A stretch of DNA of 64,000 nt from an uncultured Bacilli bacterium (GCA_934141245.1 CAKPCB010000007.1:4032-68031); one strand, 5' to 3'. Counted from the stretch's first letter, positions 20,644 through 30,376 are shown. The notes: generated by a model not told the origin, from the sequence alone. A program made the numbers and translations.

Positions 20644-20710
20644 ATCTTAATAATAATATGGTTTTAAATAAAAGTCAATTTGATTTTATTAAATTTACAA
20701 TAATATTTTT

Positions 20711-22705
20711 TTACTTTACACTTGAAATGGATTCTATCATTCTAATTTTAATAGGATCATTATCATAATTGTGATCTTTCAAATATTCTAGAGAATCTTT
20801 TTTTGCCTGTACTAGTATTTTATAATCCTGCTTCAAATCTGCTATTTTAAACATCATATCTCCGCTTTGTCTAATTCCAAATAAGTCCCCAGAACCTCTT
20901 AATTTAAAATCTTCTTCACTTATTTCAAAGCCATCATAAACTGTTTCCATAATCTTTAGTCTTTCTGAATCATGATCGCTTATTAAAATACATTTTGACT
21001 CAAGAGAGTTTCTACCGACTCTTCCTCTTAATTGATGTAATGTTGATAAGCCAAACCTTTCTGCATTAAAGATAACTATCATAGTGGCATTTTCTACATC
21101 AACACCAACCTCAATTACAGTTGTACTAATAAGAATATTTACATTATTGTGTTTAAATTCATTCATTATTAAGTCTTTAGCTTCTGTTTTCATCTTTCCA
21201 TGTATTATATCAATATTAAATTTGCTTCCAAATGCAAGATTCATTTTATCTCTTAAATTATATACATCTGTCAAATCTAAATTATCGTTTTGCTCTATTA
21301 ATGGAGCAATAACGTAAATTTGATGTCCATTCTTTAATTCATCATACATGGATTCTAAAACTTGTTTCATTTCTGAAGTTGTTTTTACACTAGTCTTAAC
21401 TATCTTTCTGCCTGCAGGTAATTGCTTAATAGTAGATACATCCATATCACCATATATAGTCAATGCATATGTCCTAGGAATAGGTGTTGCACTCATATAT
21501 AAAACATCCACAGAAATACCTTTGTTTTTCAAATTTGCTCTTTGATTAACTCCAAACCTATGTTGTTCATCTGTTACAACTAGTCCTAAATTGCTATAGC
21601 TAACATCCTCCTGAATCAATGCATGTGTACCAATTATAATACTTATTTCACCAGTTGATAGTCTTTTATATATATCTTGTTTTTCCTTTTTTGATATAGA
21701 ACCAGTAAGAAGTGCAATCTCAACATCAGTATCTTTTAATAGCTGCTTTATATTATTATAATGTTGTATAGCTAATATTTCGGTAGGTGCCATTAATGCA
21801 CTTTGATATCCACAACAAGAATTATAATACATTGCTAAAAACGCAACTATTGTCTTTCCACTTCCAACATCTCCTTGAAGTAATCTATTCATCTTTATAT
21901 TACTTTTTAAATCACCAATTATTTCATTTAATGCCTTTTTCTGATCATCTGTAAGAGTAAATGGAAGTTTATTCAAAATGTTATCAATACATGAAATATC
22001 TGCAGTTCGTACTATACCAAGTTTATTGTTTTTGTTTTTTTCTTTTAAATAATTTATTTTAAGCATGAATTCAAACAATTCTTCATATTTTAGTCTAATC
22101 ATAGAAGCCTTTAATCTTTCAAAGTCAGGTGGATTATGAACAATATTTAAATCAGTTTTCTTATTGTTGAATTTATATCTGTCCAACAAATAATTTGGTA
22201 TGTTATCTTCCACAAAATTACCATATTTTAAAAGTGCATTATTTATGTACAATGATAAATTTTTAGCAGTTAATCCATTAGTAGCATGATATATTGGTTC
22301 AATCTTTTCTTTATTACTTAGAGTATCAAACTTTATATCACTAGCAGTAATAATATTTCTTTTTTTATCATATTTACCAATCACTATAATGTTAGTTCCT
22401 ATTTTTAGGCTTGCCTTTAAGTAAGCTCTATTAAATATAGACACACCAATAGGTCCAGTTTTAGTTGCAAGTCTTACATTTAATTTATTTAAATTTCCTT
22501 TAAATCTCAACAAAATAGGAATACTTTCAACTTTTCCATCTATTATAACCCTATCATCTTCGCCAACTGATTCTAAATCACTTCTTTTTAAAACATCATA
22601 CCTAAATGGATAATGGGTAATCAAATCGTTCAATGTAAATATATTAAGCTTGTTTAATAGTAATTCTGTTTTTGGCCCTATTCCCTTTATTTCACTTAAC
22701 TTCAT
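20711..22705 (-). CDS. recG: ATP-dependent DNA helicase RecG
   Basis: Motifs present: GDVGSGKT, DEQHRFG, and the TRG motif region LHQLRGRVGR. Length is 664 aa. Confidence 0.95.
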   Translation of the reverse strand: MKLSEIKGIGPKTELLLNKLNIFTLNDLITHYPFRYDVLKRSDLESVGEDDRVIIDGKVESIPILLRFKGNLNKLNVRLATKTGPIGVSIFNRAYLKASLKIGTNIIVIGKYDKKRNIITASDIKFDTLSNKEKIEPIYHATNGLTAKNLSLYINNALLKYGNFVEDNIPNYLLDRYKFNNKKTDLNIVHNPPDFERLKASMIRLKYEELFEFMLKINYLKEKNKNNKLGIVRTADISCIDNILNKLPFTLTDDQKKALNEIIGDLKSNIKMNRLLQGDVGSGKTIVAFLAMYYNSCCGYQSALMAPTEILAIQHYNNIKQLLKDTDVEIALLTGSISKKEKQDIYKRLSTGEISIIIGTHALIQEDVSYSNLGLVVTDEQHRFGVNQRANLKNKGISVDVLYMSATPIPRTYALTIYGDMDVSTIKQLPAGRKIVKTSVKTTSEMKQVLESMYDELKNGHQIYVIAPLIEQNDNLDLTDVYNLRDKMNLAFGSKFNIDIIHGKMKTEAKDLIMNEFKHNNVNILISTTVIEVGVDVENATMIVIFNAERFGLSTLHQLRGRVGRNSLESKCILISDHDSERLKIMETVYDGFEISEEDFKLRGSGDLFGIRQSGDMMFKIADLKQDYKILVQAKKDSLEYLKDHNYDNDPIKIRMIESISSVK

Positions 22706-22721
22706 ACTACCACTTCCTGAG

Positions 22722-22755
22722 GCATATTATATCACATATTGGGGATTTAAACAAA
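22722..22755 (-). promoter_or_regulatory. Candidate recG promoter with an extended -10 (TGATATAAT)
   Basis: Minus strand: TTGTTT, 17-nt spacer (its last 3 nt, TGA, make the extended -10), TATAAT (-10 at 22726-22731). It sits about 20 nt upstream of the RBS and ATG. Confidence 0.45.
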
Positions 22756-22817
22756 ATAAAAAAAGATTTTTTTAGTTTTTAGTTGACAAAAAGACAATAT
22801 TCAATTATGATAGAAAT

Positions 22818-22920
22818 CACCAATTCACAAATGGCGAATTGGTCGCTAGTATCACACTAGCCAACCCCTTTTTATTCTTTTTTTGAAGTTGTTCTCAGGG
22901 GGACAACTTCTCTATTTATT
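22818..22920 (+). ncRNA. Candidate ~100-nt sRNA B (two hairpins, C-rich single strand, terminator), opposite in orientation to both flanking genes
   Basis: The plus-strand promoter is TTGACA (22783-22788), 17-nt spacer, TATGAT (22806-22811). Hairpins are ACCAATTC/GAATTGGT and GCTAGT/ACTAGC. An unpaired CCAACCCCTTTTT follows. The terminator hairpin is GAAGTTGT/ACAACTTC plus TCTATTTATT. Confidence 0.45.
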
Positions 22921-22946
22921 AAATTTAAAGAGAAAGAACATTTAAG

Positions 22947-25900
22947 TTATTCTTTCTCTTTTTTTGTTAAAGACATATAGTAATTATATCGCTTAATAGC
23001 ATCTTCTTTATTTTCCTCTAATAGTTTTTTATATTCTTCAGCATTTACCTTTTTTAGAGATCTATATCTATTTTCACCAAGTAAAAATTCAAAATATTCA
23101 TCAAAATTTGCCTTACTATCTAGAATAAATAAATCATCATTTGGATTATACCTAAACAATGGAAAATAACCCGATGTAACAGCCTTTGATTCCTCATTAA
23201 TACTATCAGTCATACCATTTAATATTCCGTGAGCTATACAAGGACAATATGCAATAATTATTGATGGTCCAACATGATTTTTTGCTTCCACAAATGCTTT
23301 TACAGTTTGATTCATATTAGCACCTAATGAAACTGTAGCAACATAGACATTTGGATATGTTAGTGCTATCTTAGCTAGGTCTTTTTTCACATTCTTTTTT
23401 CCATCTGACGAAAATTTTGCAACTCCACCAATTCTTGTTGATTTAGATGTTTGACCACCCGTATTAGAATATACCTCTGTATCTAAAACTAAAATATTTA
23501 TATTTTCTCCACTAGATAAGACATGATCCAAACCACCAAATCCAATATCATATGCCCATCCATCTCCACCAACAATCCAAAATGATTTGGTTTTTATATA
23601 TTCCTTCAAATTTATTAGTTCTTTTATTTGACTTCTGTCAATTATTTCATATAATAAACAGCTTGAGGCATAATCTTGATTTTTGTAATAACTAGCATAA
23701 ATTTCTTTTTCTTCCTTTGAAATTTTATTTATATTTTCATATATAATCTTTCTAATTTTTTTCTTTTTTAATTTATCTGCAATAGCAAGACCGTATCCAA
23801 ATTCAGCATTATCTTCAAATAAAGAATTTTGCCATGGAATGCTGTATGGAGTTTTAGGAATACTTCCACCATATATTGACGAACATCCCGTTGCATTTGA
23901 TATGACTAGTTCATTGCCAAACAATTGAGTTAGTAGTTTTAAATATGGTGTCTGACCACATCCACTACATGCTCCTGAAAATTCAAATTTAGGTTTTACA
24001 AATTGACTTCCCATTACACTGTTAACCGGTAATAGAATTTTAGACTCAACATTATCAAATAAGTATTCATAACCTTTTTTATTAATATTATTTATAACAA
24101 AATTTTTATCTTTCATTTGTATTGCTTTATTACCATTTTTTCCAGGACAAACCTTACTACACAAACCACAACCAGTACAATTATCAAAATTTATACCTAT
24201 TATATATTTAAAAGTTTTATCTTTTATTTTTATATCTTTGGTATATTTTTGTAAATATACAGGCATACTTTTAAATTCATTATCATCAAGTAAAAATGGT
24301 CTAATTACACCGTGTGGGCAAACAAATGAGCACTTATTACACATTATGCAATTATCACTATTATAACATGGTAAATTTTCAGCTATGTTTTTAGAGTCAT
24401 ATTTTGATAATCCACCAGGAAAAGTTCCATCAACAAACCGTGATAATTTAGAAACAGATAAACTATTTCCTTCTTTTCTTTCTATAATATCAAATAAATC
24501 TTCTTCAATGTTTATATTTTCTTCTACATCTTTATTATCTATATTTACAAGAGTAATTTTATCAACAGCATCATTTATTGCCTTTAAATTTTTTTCTATT
24601 ACATCATTTGTTTTTCCATTTAGGATAGCAGTAATGGATTTTTTTAATTCCTCTATAGCAAATTCAAAAGGAATTATATTAGCTACTTTGAATATAGCAG
24701 TTGTCATTATCATATTAATTTTATTACCTAATTCATTTTCAAATGAAATATGATTTGCATCTATGATATATAGCTTTATATTTCTTTCTTGTATTATTTG
24801 TTTATCATGTGATGTAAATAGCATGTTCACAGCATCTTTATCTGAAGAAGTATTAAGTATAAATATTCCATTTTGCTTAATATTATCTAACATTTTATAC
24901 TTTTTTAAATAATTTTCATTTGTACAAACAACAACAGATGGATTATTAACATAATATGTAGCTCTTATTTCATCCTTTCCAAACCTTAAATGAGATTTTG
25001 TAAGCCCTCCTGATTTCTTTGAATCATATTCAAAATATCCTTGAACATATGCCTTTGTATTGTCTCCTATTATTTTTATAATATCTTTTGAAGCACTAAC
25101 CATTCCATCTGATGCATAACCATATATAAGCATCTCATAAAAATTCTGACTAATATCAAAAAATTCATCTTTTAAGCTAAGTTTAGTTAAATCATCTATT
25201 ATTCCAATTGTAAACGTTGAATCATTATTATTAGATAAATATGAATAAACTGCCTTTATTTGGTAAGGTGTTGTATCTTTACTTGAAAGACCATATCTTC
25301 CACCAATAACTTTTATTTTATTACTGTATCTTGAAACAATATCCTTTACATCAAGATATAACGGACACATTGCCCCTGGTTCTTTTGTTCTATCTAAAAC
25401 TGCAATTGACTTAGTAGTTTTTGGTAATACATCTAAAAAGTATTTTTCACTAAATGGTCTATATAAATGAACCTCAATAAGTCCAACTTTTTCATTATTG
25501 CTATTTAAGTAATCAATTGTATCTTTTATAGTTTCACATACTGACCCCATAGCAACAATAATCCTTGTTGCATTTTTATCACCATAATAATCAAATGGTT
25601 TATAATCTTTGCCAGTTATTTTATTTATTTTTTGCATATAACTATTAACTATATCTGGTAATTTATCATAATCTTTATTTCTAGCTTCAGTTATTTGAAA
25701 ATAAATATCATCATTTTGATTAGTACCCCTAGTAACATTATTTATGCTTAAAGCATGCATTCTAAATTCATTTAATTTTTTCTTATCAATTAATGGCTTT
25801 ACCTTATCTAAATTTAAAAGTTCAACTTTCTTTAATTCATGACTAGTTCTAAAACCATCAAAAAAATTAACAAATGGTATTCTAGATTTTATAGTTGATA

Positions 25901-26366
25901 AATAGGGAATACTTGTTAAATCCATAACTTGCTGAACACTTGATGTTGCAAATATAGCAAATCCCGTGGGTCTAACAGAATATATGTCTTGATGATCACA
26001 GAAAATGCTTAAAGCATGCGTTGCTACACTTCTTGATGCTACATTAATTACACAAGGCAACATTTCACCTGCAATTCTATACATTTCTGGAATCATCAAT
26101 AATAATCCTTGACTAGCTGTATAGGTGGTTGATAAAATTCCATTTTGCAATGAACCATGTACTAGTGCAATAGCACCAGCTTCGCTCTGCATTTCAGTTA
26201 CATTTACAACATCATCAAAAAAGTTTTTATTGCCATTAGAACTCCACTTATCTATATATTCAGCCATTGGTGAAGCAGGAGTAATTGGATATATTCCGGC
26301 AAGTTCTGTAAATTTATATGAAACAAAGCTACAAGCTTCATTACCATCCATTATTTTATATTTCAT
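22947..26366 (-). CDS. nifJ: Pyruvate:ferredoxin (flavodoxin) oxidoreductase
   Basis: The 1139-aa protein has the N-terminus MDGNEA...GIYPITPASPMAE. It carries two 4Fe-4S motifs (CIMCNKCSFVCPHG, CTGCGLCSKVCPG) and the TPP motif GGDGWAYDIGFGGLDHV. Confidence 0.95.
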   Translation of the reverse strand: MKYKIMDGNEACSFVSYKFTELAGIYPITPASPMAEYIDKWSSNGNKNFFDDVVNVTEMQSEAGAIALVHGSLQNGILSTTYTASQGLLLMIPEMYRIAGEMLPCVINVASRSVATHALSIFCDHQDIYSVRPTGFAIFATSSVQQVMDLTSIPYLSTIKSRIPFVNFFDGFRTSHELKKVELLNLDKVKPLIDKKKLNEFRMHALSINNVTRGTNQNDDIYFQITEARNKDYDKLPDIVNSYMQKINKITGKDYKPFDYYGDKNATRIIVAMGSVCETIKDTIDYLNSNNEKVGLIEVHLYRPFSEKYFLDVLPKTTKSIAVLDRTKEPGAMCPLYLDVKDIVSRYSNKIKVIGGRYGLSSKDTTPYQIKAVYSYLSNNNDSTFTIGIIDDLTKLSLKDEFFDISQNFYEMLIYGYASDGMVSASKDIIKIIGDNTKAYVQGYFEYDSKKSGGLTKSHLRFGKDEIRATYYVNNPSVVVCTNENYLKKYKMLDNIKQNGIFILNTSSDKDAVNMLFTSHDKQIIQERNIKLYIIDANHISFENELGNKINMIMTTAIFKVANIIPFEFAIEELKKSITAILNGKTNDVIEKNLKAINDAVDKITLVNIDNKDVEENINIEEDLFDIIERKEGNSLSVSKLSRFVDGTFPGGLSKYDSKNIAENLPCYNSDNCIMCNKCSFVCPHGVIRPFLLDDNEFKSMPVYLQKYTKDIKIKDKTFKYIIGINFDNCTGCGLCSKVCPGKNGNKAIQMKDKNFVINNINKKGYEYLFDNVESKILLPVNSVMGSQFVKPKFEFSGACSGCGQTPYLKLLTQLFGNELVISNATGCSSIYGGSIPKTPYSIPWQNSLFEDNAEFGYGLAIADKLKKKKIRKIIYENINKISKEEKEIYASYYKNQDYASSCLLYEIIDRSQIKELINLKEYIKTKSFWIVGGDGWAYDIGFGGLDHVLSSGENINILVLDTEVYSNTGGQTSKSTRIGGVAKFSSDGKKNVKKDLAKIALTYPNVYVATVSLGANMNQTVKAFVEAKNHVGPSIIIAYCPCIAHGILNGMTDSINEESKAVTSGYFPLFRYNPNDDLFILDSKANFDEYFEFLLGENRYRSLKKVNAEEYKKLLEENKEDAIKRYNYYMSLTKKEKE

Positions 26367-26424
26367 ATTATCACTCTCTTCTCATATTAATTATATAACA
26401 AAGTTATAAAAAAAAATAGAAATT

Positions 26425-26451
26425 TAAGAAAAAAGAAGCTCTTTAGCTTCT
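26425..26451 (-). terminator. Intrinsic terminator after the CapA-family gene
   Basis: Minus strand: the AGAAGCT-AAAG-AGCTTCT hairpin is followed by TTTTTTC. Confidence 0.55.
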
Positions 26452-26455
26452 CTAA

Positions 26456-27634
26456 TTATTTGGAATAAATTGTATCAATATTATTATCTAAACTCCTAAC
26501 TATCTTCATATACTTTTTATAATAATTTTTATAGTTAGGTAAAATATTATTAGTTAATTTATTATATGGATATACTTTATATTTTCCGCATATTGCTGGT
26601 TTACATGTATAAACAAGATCCGCTTTTGGATTCAAGAGTTCTAAACTAACTTTACCATCTACAGTAGTTTTCTTTATGTCAATACTAGCAACTAAACCTG
26701 TTAATTTTTCTACACCAATCTGTGATGAAATAAAATTACCTAAAGAATAGATAACTAAAGTATCACCTACAAATTCAATTGGTTGTACAACATGTGAATG
26801 TGTTCCGATAATTACATTAACACCTAAATCAGATAAATATTTTGCAATATCCTTTTGTTCTTTACATGCGGTATTTGAATATTCTATACCCCAATGCATA
26901 GAAACTATAAGCAAGTCAACTTTATCTTTCAATTTTTCTATATCTTTTTTTGCCAATTCGTTGCTATAAACATCCAAATAATAATCTTTTCCTTTAGGTC
27001 TAACCAACCCATTTGTCAATGTTGTATATGCTAAAAATCCATATTTTATACCATTTACTTCTTTAACAATTACTTTATCTTTTTCCTCTTGTGTTGAATA
27101 GGAACCAGCAGCAATAACATTTTCTTGCTTATTCCAATATTCACGAGATCTTTGTATTGTTTTCCAGCCCGTAGATACACCCCTATCAAGAGTATGGTTT
27201 GTAGCTAAACTAACAAGATTAAATCCCATATCCATAAATGCATCACCAACTTGTTGTGGTGAATTAAATTGAGGATATGAAGAGAGACCTAACTCAGTTC
27301 CACCCAAAATAGTTTCCTGATTATAAAATTTTAATTCGTAGTCATCAAAAACATTCCTTACTTCAGAAAATATAGGTTTAAAATCATAACCACTACTTCT
27401 AACATTATCATAAATTGCTCCGTGAATTAATGCATCACCAACCATAATAAGTGAAGCAGTATTTTCCTCTACAACAGGTTTTGGTATATCTTCATATATT
27501 ACCTGTTTTTTGTTTTCAAAAATTTTACTATAATTTATACCACAAAATATCAAAGCAGCACTAAGGACAATTAGTAAAACACCAATTCCTTTTCTTACTC
27601 CTTTTTTTAACTTTTTCTTTTTCAAAAATATCAC
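26456..27634 (-). CDS. CapA-family (PGA_cap metallophosphatase-like) protein, membrane anchored
   Basis: Motifs present: MVGDALIHG, SMHWGIEY and GTHSHVVQP. There is an N-terminal TM helix. The start is uncertain: either the GTG abutting the upstream stop, or TTG at 27625. Confidence 0.8.
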   Translation of the reverse strand: MIFLKKKKLKKGVRKGIGVLLIVLSAALIFCGINYSKIFENKKQVIYEDIPKPVVEENTASLIMVGDALIHGAIYDNVRSSGYDFKPIFSEVRNVFDDYELKFYNQETILGGTELGLSSYPQFNSPQQVGDAFMDMGFNLVSLATNHTLDRGVSTGWKTIQRSREYWNKQENVIAAGSYSTQEEKDKVIVKEVNGIKYGFLAYTTLTNGLVRPKGKDYYLDVYSNELAKKDIEKLKDKVDLLIVSMHWGIEYSNTACKEQKDIAKYLSDLGVNVIIGTHSHVVQPIEFVGDTLVIYSLGNFISSQIGVEKLTGLVASIDIKKTTVDGKVSLELLNPKADLVYTCKPAICGKYKVYPYNKLTNNILPNYKNYYKKYMKIVRSLDNNIDTIYSK

Positions 27635-28636
27635 CTACTCTAACAAACCAAAACCACTAACTACCTTTCTACCATTTGTAACCTTTTTACCATAAACAGT
27701 AAGTGGTGTATTAATTAATTTATTATTGATTACAAGTTGAGAAGAAGTACCACCATCAAGGTTTGCAGCATTATATGCGCCATATTTTTCTAATAAATCT
27801 ATAACTTCCATTAATGAAGGCCCATTAGCATGCACTCCTTCGGTAACTAAAAATAGTACTACTCCATCTTTTCTCTGCGCAATAGCAACCCTTGCAGCTC
27901 TATCATATCCACCAGCAGTTGATTCATATTGTAACTTTTTGCCATTTATCATTAAGAATGGTCCAAACTCAAGTCCATCTCTTATTCCACTTTTTATAGC
28001 ATTTTCTGCAGTTGTTTTTGAAAGCACTAATTTGTTTTCTTTATTAAAACCTATTAAATTAGTAGGTGCAGATGTATCAGACCATATAATCTTTCCATCT
28101 TTAATTAAAGTTCCAAGAGGTATATCACTACCCCAGCCAGTTGTATCACTAAATGCTCCACCATTTATACAGACTTTTCCATTTAATCTTTTACACATAT
28201 TTTTTACAGTTTCTTGTCCTTTTCCAGTATTAAACTCTTTTGATGCTATAAGTTTAACTTTAGAAGGGTCATATATTGCAACTAAATGTCCTTTATATTT
28301 GCCAACCTTAACTTCTATGTATTTATAATCATCATTGTTTTCATCTCTAGTTAAAATTATTTCATCATACTCACTGTCGTAACTTTCCCTTTCAGAAGTA
28401 TTAATAACAATTTCATCAAGATTAACTTCATCAGTCAATGGTATATATTTATTCATTGCAGTTACTTTACTAATATCCTCTTCAGAATAAAACACATATG
28501 CAATGTATTGATGAGTCTTTGTAATCATTGCAGTTGAAATTATCTTATTTTTAAAGTCAGGTATAGCATATACCAATACAAAACATGCTGCGACAATTAT
28601 ATCTATTATTATTATAAATATTGTAAACTTTTTCAT
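27635..28636 (-). CDS. Phosphodiester glycosidase family protein (NAGPA/DUF2233-like), membrane anchored
   Basis: There is an N-terminal TM helix, plus INGGAF, ARVAIAQRKDGVVLFLVTEG and NLDGGTSS motifs. Confidence 0.75.
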   Translation of the reverse strand: MKKFTIFIIIIDIIVAACFVLVYAIPDFKNKIISTAMITKTHQYIAYVFYSEEDISKVTAMNKYIPLTDEVNLDEIVINTSERESYDSEYDEIILTRDENNDDYKYIEVKVGKYKGHLVAIYDPSKVKLIASKEFNTGKGQETVKNMCKRLNGKVCINGGAFSDTTGWGSDIPLGTLIKDGKIIWSDTSAPTNLIGFNKENKLVLSKTTAENAIKSGIRDGLEFGPFLMINGKKLQYESTAGGYDRAARVAIAQRKDGVVLFLVTEGVHANGPSLMEVIDLLEKYGAYNAANLDGGTSSQLVINNKLINTPLTVYGKKVTNGRKVVSGFGLLE

Positions 28637-28637
28637 T

Positions 28638-30083
28638 TTACTTTTCCTCCAATATGAAAGGATCTTCTAGTGTACCAATACCAGATTTTACTTTTAGGTT
28701 TTTTATTGATATTGCCGGTTTAATACCTCTTGATAAAGTAGGTTTAGATGATATTAAGTAATCGTTGTATAAATATGATTTACCATCAGAACTACCATTT
28801 AAAACATAATAGTTATTTACTCCCTTATCTAATTTTAAATCAGTAATACTTGGAATTCCTACCTTTGCTACCACTTTTTCATTTTTTATACTTTTATAAC
28901 TATCACTATATTCACCTGTATACCATTCAGTATCAATTATTAAATCCTTGTATGATAAAGAGTTGTAGAATTCATTATTTAAATAAGCAGCTAGTGAAGA
29001 TTTATTATTTGGATTGTATTTATTACTCTTTAAGTCAAATCTATATGTAATACTACCATTTTTATATAACGAACTAAGTGTTAATTTAATTGAGTTCTCA
29101 TTCATACTATAAATAGTCCATATATCATCGCCTAACTTTATATGTTTACCAACTTGAACTTTGTTATTATTTTTTTCTATAATGTATGGATCATCGCTAG
29201 TACCAGTTCCACCCAACATTATAGTTGAATTTTTCAAAGTTACTACGGGTTTAATATCATATAAATTAGTAGATTCAGCATAAGAAAGATTATTATTATT
29301 TATAACCCATACTTTTTCACTACCTCTATTTGACAACCATATATCATTACCATTGGAAATATATGAATTGCTATCTACACTACTATTTAAGAATTCATCT
29401 ATACTAGCAAGTCTTATCTTATTTGAAGTATCACGCTTGTCACACTTTACTTTTCCTAAATCGTCGATGATATCAGAACAGATTAAAGTATTTGACAATG
29501 CATCACTATTTAATATAGGCAAAACGTATTCATTTAAATAAGAGTTAACATCAGATTTTATATAATCGCCAGTTTTATTATTCCACATTAAGTTATTAAT
29601 TGAGTCATCAAGTATAATGTCAATACTTTTATCAGTGTTAATCTTCATTATTCTCCATGTCAAATTAGAAAATTTAATATAATTATTTACATTTGTTCCT
29701 TTGTAAATATAACTACCATTATTTCTATATAACCCCTCACCATCATATACAAGTGATGTCTTTTGCATAAGTGAATCAGCAAACAGCTTTATTACTTTAC
29801 CACTACTGTCTTTTGGATTATATATTTTATAATATTTTACCAACCTACTACCATAGAATATACAACAACCGAGTATAAATATAATGCTTACAGAACAAAA
29901 AATCACTTGAAAAAGCAATTTTTTCTTAAGCTTTCTTTTCTTTTTAGCCGGTTTATTTGTACTGTGATGTAGTTCTTCTTCATCATAACTAGGAAGACTT
30001 CTATTATTAACCTTTTTTTGATCGTCTTCATCAAATATATCTATAATTTCAATTTCATCGTTATTAAATTCAGTATTTTTCAT
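28638..30083 (-). CDS. Membrane-anchored protein with two tandem ~170-aa extracellular modules
   Basis: I moved the start to ATG 30083, behind RBS GGAGTG. It has a charged cytoplasmic N-terminus and one TM helix. Each of the two modules ends in IKP(V/A)(V/I)(T/S)(L/I)KN...G(T/I)GT..DP(Y/F)I(I/L)E. Confidence 0.6.
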   Translation of the reverse strand: MKNTEFNNDEIEIIDIFDEDDQKKVNNRSLPSYDEEELHHSTNKPAKKKRKLKKKLLFQVIFCSVSIIFILGCCIFYGSRLVKYYKIYNPKDSSGKVIKLFADSLMQKTSLVYDGEGLYRNNGSYIYKGTNVNNYIKFSNLTWRIMKINTDKSIDIILDDSINNLMWNNKTGDYIKSDVNSYLNEYVLPILNSDALSNTLICSDIIDDLGKVKCDKRDTSNKIRLASIDEFLNSSVDSNSYISNGNDIWLSNRGSEKVWVINNNNLSYAESTNLYDIKPVVTLKNSTIMLGGTGTSDDPYIIEKNNNKVQVGKHIKLGDDIWTIYSMNENSIKLTLSSLYKNGSITYRFDLKSNKYNPNNKSSLAAYLNNEFYNSLSYKDLIIDTEWYTGEYSDSYKSIKNEKVVAKVGIPSITDLKLDKGVNNYYVLNGSSDGKSYLYNDYLISSKPTLSRGIKPAISIKNLKVKSGIGTLEDPFILEEK

Positions 30084-30130
30084 ATCTAACACTCCAATTA
30101 TAGAAATTATATCAAAAAAAGAAATGGTTT

Positions 30131-30376
30131 TCAACAAATTATGACAAATTTCAACATTAGAACAAAAGAATAAAAATTAAAATTTTTATTCGAATTGATA
30201 GTCACCGATTCCAACTCTTTTAACTCTTTGCACATATCATATGCTTTTATAAATTTCTCTTCCTTACATTTATTTAAAAAGTGATTATATATAAATCTTG
30301 TGCATCCATATGTTTTATTAATTAACTTCTTTTGATTATCACTTGGATACAATCTAAATTTATAAGCTTTATACAT
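30131..30376 (-). pseudogene. tnpB: Remnant of an IS200/IS605-family tnpB (N-terminal ~55 codons only)
   Basis: MYKAYKFRLYPSDNQKKLINKTYGCTRFIYNHFLNK matches the conserved TnpB/OrfB N-terminal HTH region. Similarity is lost after about aa 55, and the ORF ends after 81 aa instead of roughly 400. Confidence 0.6.

Noticed and set aside
20549-20650. 33-codon plus-strand ORF (MEPFGSFRGFWLNILSHYIIVRAFMHDFYHHAS) inside the recG-downstream spacer; possible small peptide or type I toxin.
   Set aside because: No Shine-Dalgarno sequence lies upstream. The ORF start is formed by the GC-rich terminator hairpin of the minus-strand candidate sRNA. The peptide is not convincingly transmembrane.
22929-22960. 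Hairpin AGAGAAAGAA/TTCTTTCTCT spanning the nifJ stop codon, considered as a regulatory element.
   Set aside because: It is most simply the (weak) nifJ terminator stem formed by the KKEKE-coding 3' end. It has no further distinguishing features.
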